Assembly: GCA_045837725.1 (NCBI GenBank)
Contig: JBEWZL010000063.1
Span: 248,001-271,574 of the forward strand
Direction: 5' to 3'
Length of the DNA stretch: 23,574 nucleotides
DNA from: Vermamoeba vermiformis
Lineage: Eukaryota
The translations under genes were made by a program, and so were the position numbers. The notes beneath the pieces were generated by a model, which saw nothing but the letters and a program-made list of their open reading frames with translations, had not been told where the DNA came from and did not search any database. The first letter of the stretch is position 1. Each line of letters opens with the position of its first letter. Below, piece by piece: positions 21,616-23,574 of the stretch.

Positions 21616-21791
21616 CCGAAAACGGCTTTTCACAGGCCAGCGGTCAACCGGGACTGGAATATTTCGTGAATAGGTATACAGATGCTCGGATAATTATAGT
21701 GTTTATAATACATAATACGTCAAGTTTTGCCGTTTGATCGGGCAGTTTTTCTTGACATACCGGTTTTTTGGTTTATACAAGCCGATTTCGG
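21616..21791. promoter_or_regulatory. Cluster of paired CGG/CCG half-sites upstream of the Zn2Cys6 gene (candidate zinc-cluster binding sites)
   Basis: CCG-aaaa-CGG 21616-21625, CGG-tcaa-CCG 21641-21650, CCG-tttgat-CGG 21730-21741 and CCG-attt-CGG 21782-21791, within a 229-nt otherwise AT-rich intergenic region. Confidence 0.35.
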
Positions 21792-21816
21792 TATAACTAT
21801 CACCTTATCGTTATTT

Positions 21817-23574
21817 CTATTTGTGCTTTTTGTAGGAAGCAACAAAATCGCAGAAATGAGGATAGAGCTCGCTGTCTGGTACATCCGCAACTTTATCGGG
21901 ATGCGCCACGTTTAAGACTTCACGCACCTTCCTCTGCATGCTAATTAACTCACGTTCTGCGGTCTTAGCAGCCATCTGCTCGCTGCTTCTCTTCTTAGTG
22001 AGCGCCATAATTAGCGGATCCTAGCAAAGGGAATGTTACTAAAATTAACTACGAAAATGAAAGCAATCACTCGCAATCTCAAAGCAGATCTGAATTTAAA
22101 TTTGCAACGACATGCAATTACTAATGTCAGTAGCGAATTAAAATCATAAATTTCCTTACTAGGTCAAGCGTGGCCAGTTTCGCTGGATCGCTCATGTTAT
22201 GGTTCTGTAGTTGTTCCGCCTGTTCTGGGACGATCACTGAATACGCCTTGAGTAGCTTGTGAATATTGTTCATCAAACCAGACACCAGTGCGTTATCGGC
22301 AACGTGATCGACTCCGTTCGCGATCGGCCTTGTCGAATCCACGTGAGCGTGCTGAGACTGGCTACTAGATTCAGCCATAAGGTCGATAGAAGCATCATTA
22401 AGATCAATGTCGAGATCTTCATCCATGCGCATCTCGTTGTTGGGAATGGAAGATTGTGTGTCGCCAAAAAAGTTCGCAATCAGACTTTCATCTCGATTAA
22501 TAGTCTGCGTAGGTGGACTACTATGCATTGGCAGCGGATTAGTAGCTGAAGACGGCGAGATTGAAGAGTTTGCTCCGGATGCGGATGTTGCTGCTTGGCG
22601 CGGGCTGTGAGTGGCCTCTGTTCGTGGTGCCTTGTTTGGCTGTGCATCAGTTGCGCTATTAACTTGCCCGAAGCTTTCATCCTCGCGCTTCCGCTTCTTG
22701 TTGTCGAGATCCTCGGTTGCTCCGGAACTTCGCCTCAATTGAGCTGCAGTAGTGTTAAGCGAAACCATTGGAGACGGTTCTTGCTTTATGTCATCTTGCT
22801 CGATGAGGCTAAGCTCAACGTTATGAACCGCTGCAGCAGATTCGGATGTCGATGAGCGTGCGCTTGGTGCCGAAGTATTCGTTGGACCTCGGACTTCGCT
22901 ATTTAGCCTCTTTACTGCTTCAGCTTGAGCAGCTAATCGCCTTTCTAAAGAAGCCATTTAAAATTAGGTCACAAACTCCGGATTTGAAATTTGCGAGTTT
23001 TCTTACCTTCTTCTAAAGCCGCTCTTCGCTTTGCTTCTTTCTCTTTCTTCTTTGCCTCTCGTGCACGTTTGATTTCCTCGATCTCTTTGTTCTTTCTCTG
23101 CAACTCTTCTTCGCGTTGCTTCAAAATCCGTTTCTGTTCTTCGATCTGCCTTTGTTTTAGCTCTTCTTCTGCTTTGCGACGCTCTGCCTCGATCCTCTTT
23201 TGTTCTTCTTCGCGTTTCTTAGCCTCTTTTTCTCTCCTGCGCTCTTCAAGACGAACTTGTTTCAGATCGCCAGAATGCTGAATTACGACTTCGACTTGGT
23301 TCTCTTCAGGAGCGTCGCAAGTATTCCTTCGAGAATCATATATATTATCTCTACAATACCAATGCTCAGGCAGCATGTCCTCCTTTATATTCGGCGGCAG
23401 ACGCCTCCATTTGTTGCAGTCCTCGCATTGAGCCCAAGTGTCTGGCGTCCTAAAGCGATAGATTAATTTATTAATATTTTATAAATTAAATATAATACTT
23501 ACTCGTTAGTTGAGAAGTTCGAATTGCCAGAAGGGTTTATGGATTTGTTTTTGTACGACTTCCAATAAGCCTCT
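21817..23574 (-). CDS. CW-type zinc finger / coiled-coil chromatin protein, probably MORC family (3' part; N-terminus outside window)
   Basis: Exons 23574-23503, 23449-23007, 22944-22160, 22020-21817. PDTWAQCEDCNKWRRLP...LPEHWYCRDN...RNTCDAPEE is a CW domain. It is preceded by AYW about 22 aa upstream, as in MORC3/4, and followed by an E/K/R helix, an NLS (KKRKRE), a disordered region and a C-terminal coil (MQRKVREVLNVAHPD). The GHKL ATPase domain is not visible. Confidence 0.8.

Overview
Compact, intron-rich eukaryotic genomic DNA (AT-rich spliceosomal introns mostly 40-65 nt, standard code), most likely a protist; the exact taxon cannot be determined. The ORF track is fragmented by introns, so I spliced genes by eye. 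Seven genes. Plus strand (1-13307): a tandem array of three paralogues with the architecture F-box / LRR-like / ankyrin-like / acidic insert / ankyrin repeats. Copy A is 5'-partial and lacks the C-terminal ankyrin half, copy B has an in-frame TAG inside its F-box, and copy C looks intact. Minus strand, head-to-tail: a CW-zinc-finger MORC-like gene (5'-partial), a GAL4-type Zn2Cys6 transcription factor whose zinc cluster is split by an intron and missed by the ORF track, an M1/LTA4-hydrolase-like aminopeptidase and a GT4 glycosyltransferase, separated by only 229, 86 and 48 nt. The best candidate for an undescribed system is the diversifying F-box-LRR-ankyrin array, a possible SCF receptor/decoy set homogenised in patches by gene conversion. 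Paired CGG sites upstream of the Zn2Cys6 gene and a recurrent GGATC/GATCC palindromic intron motif are also notable. No database searches were run.
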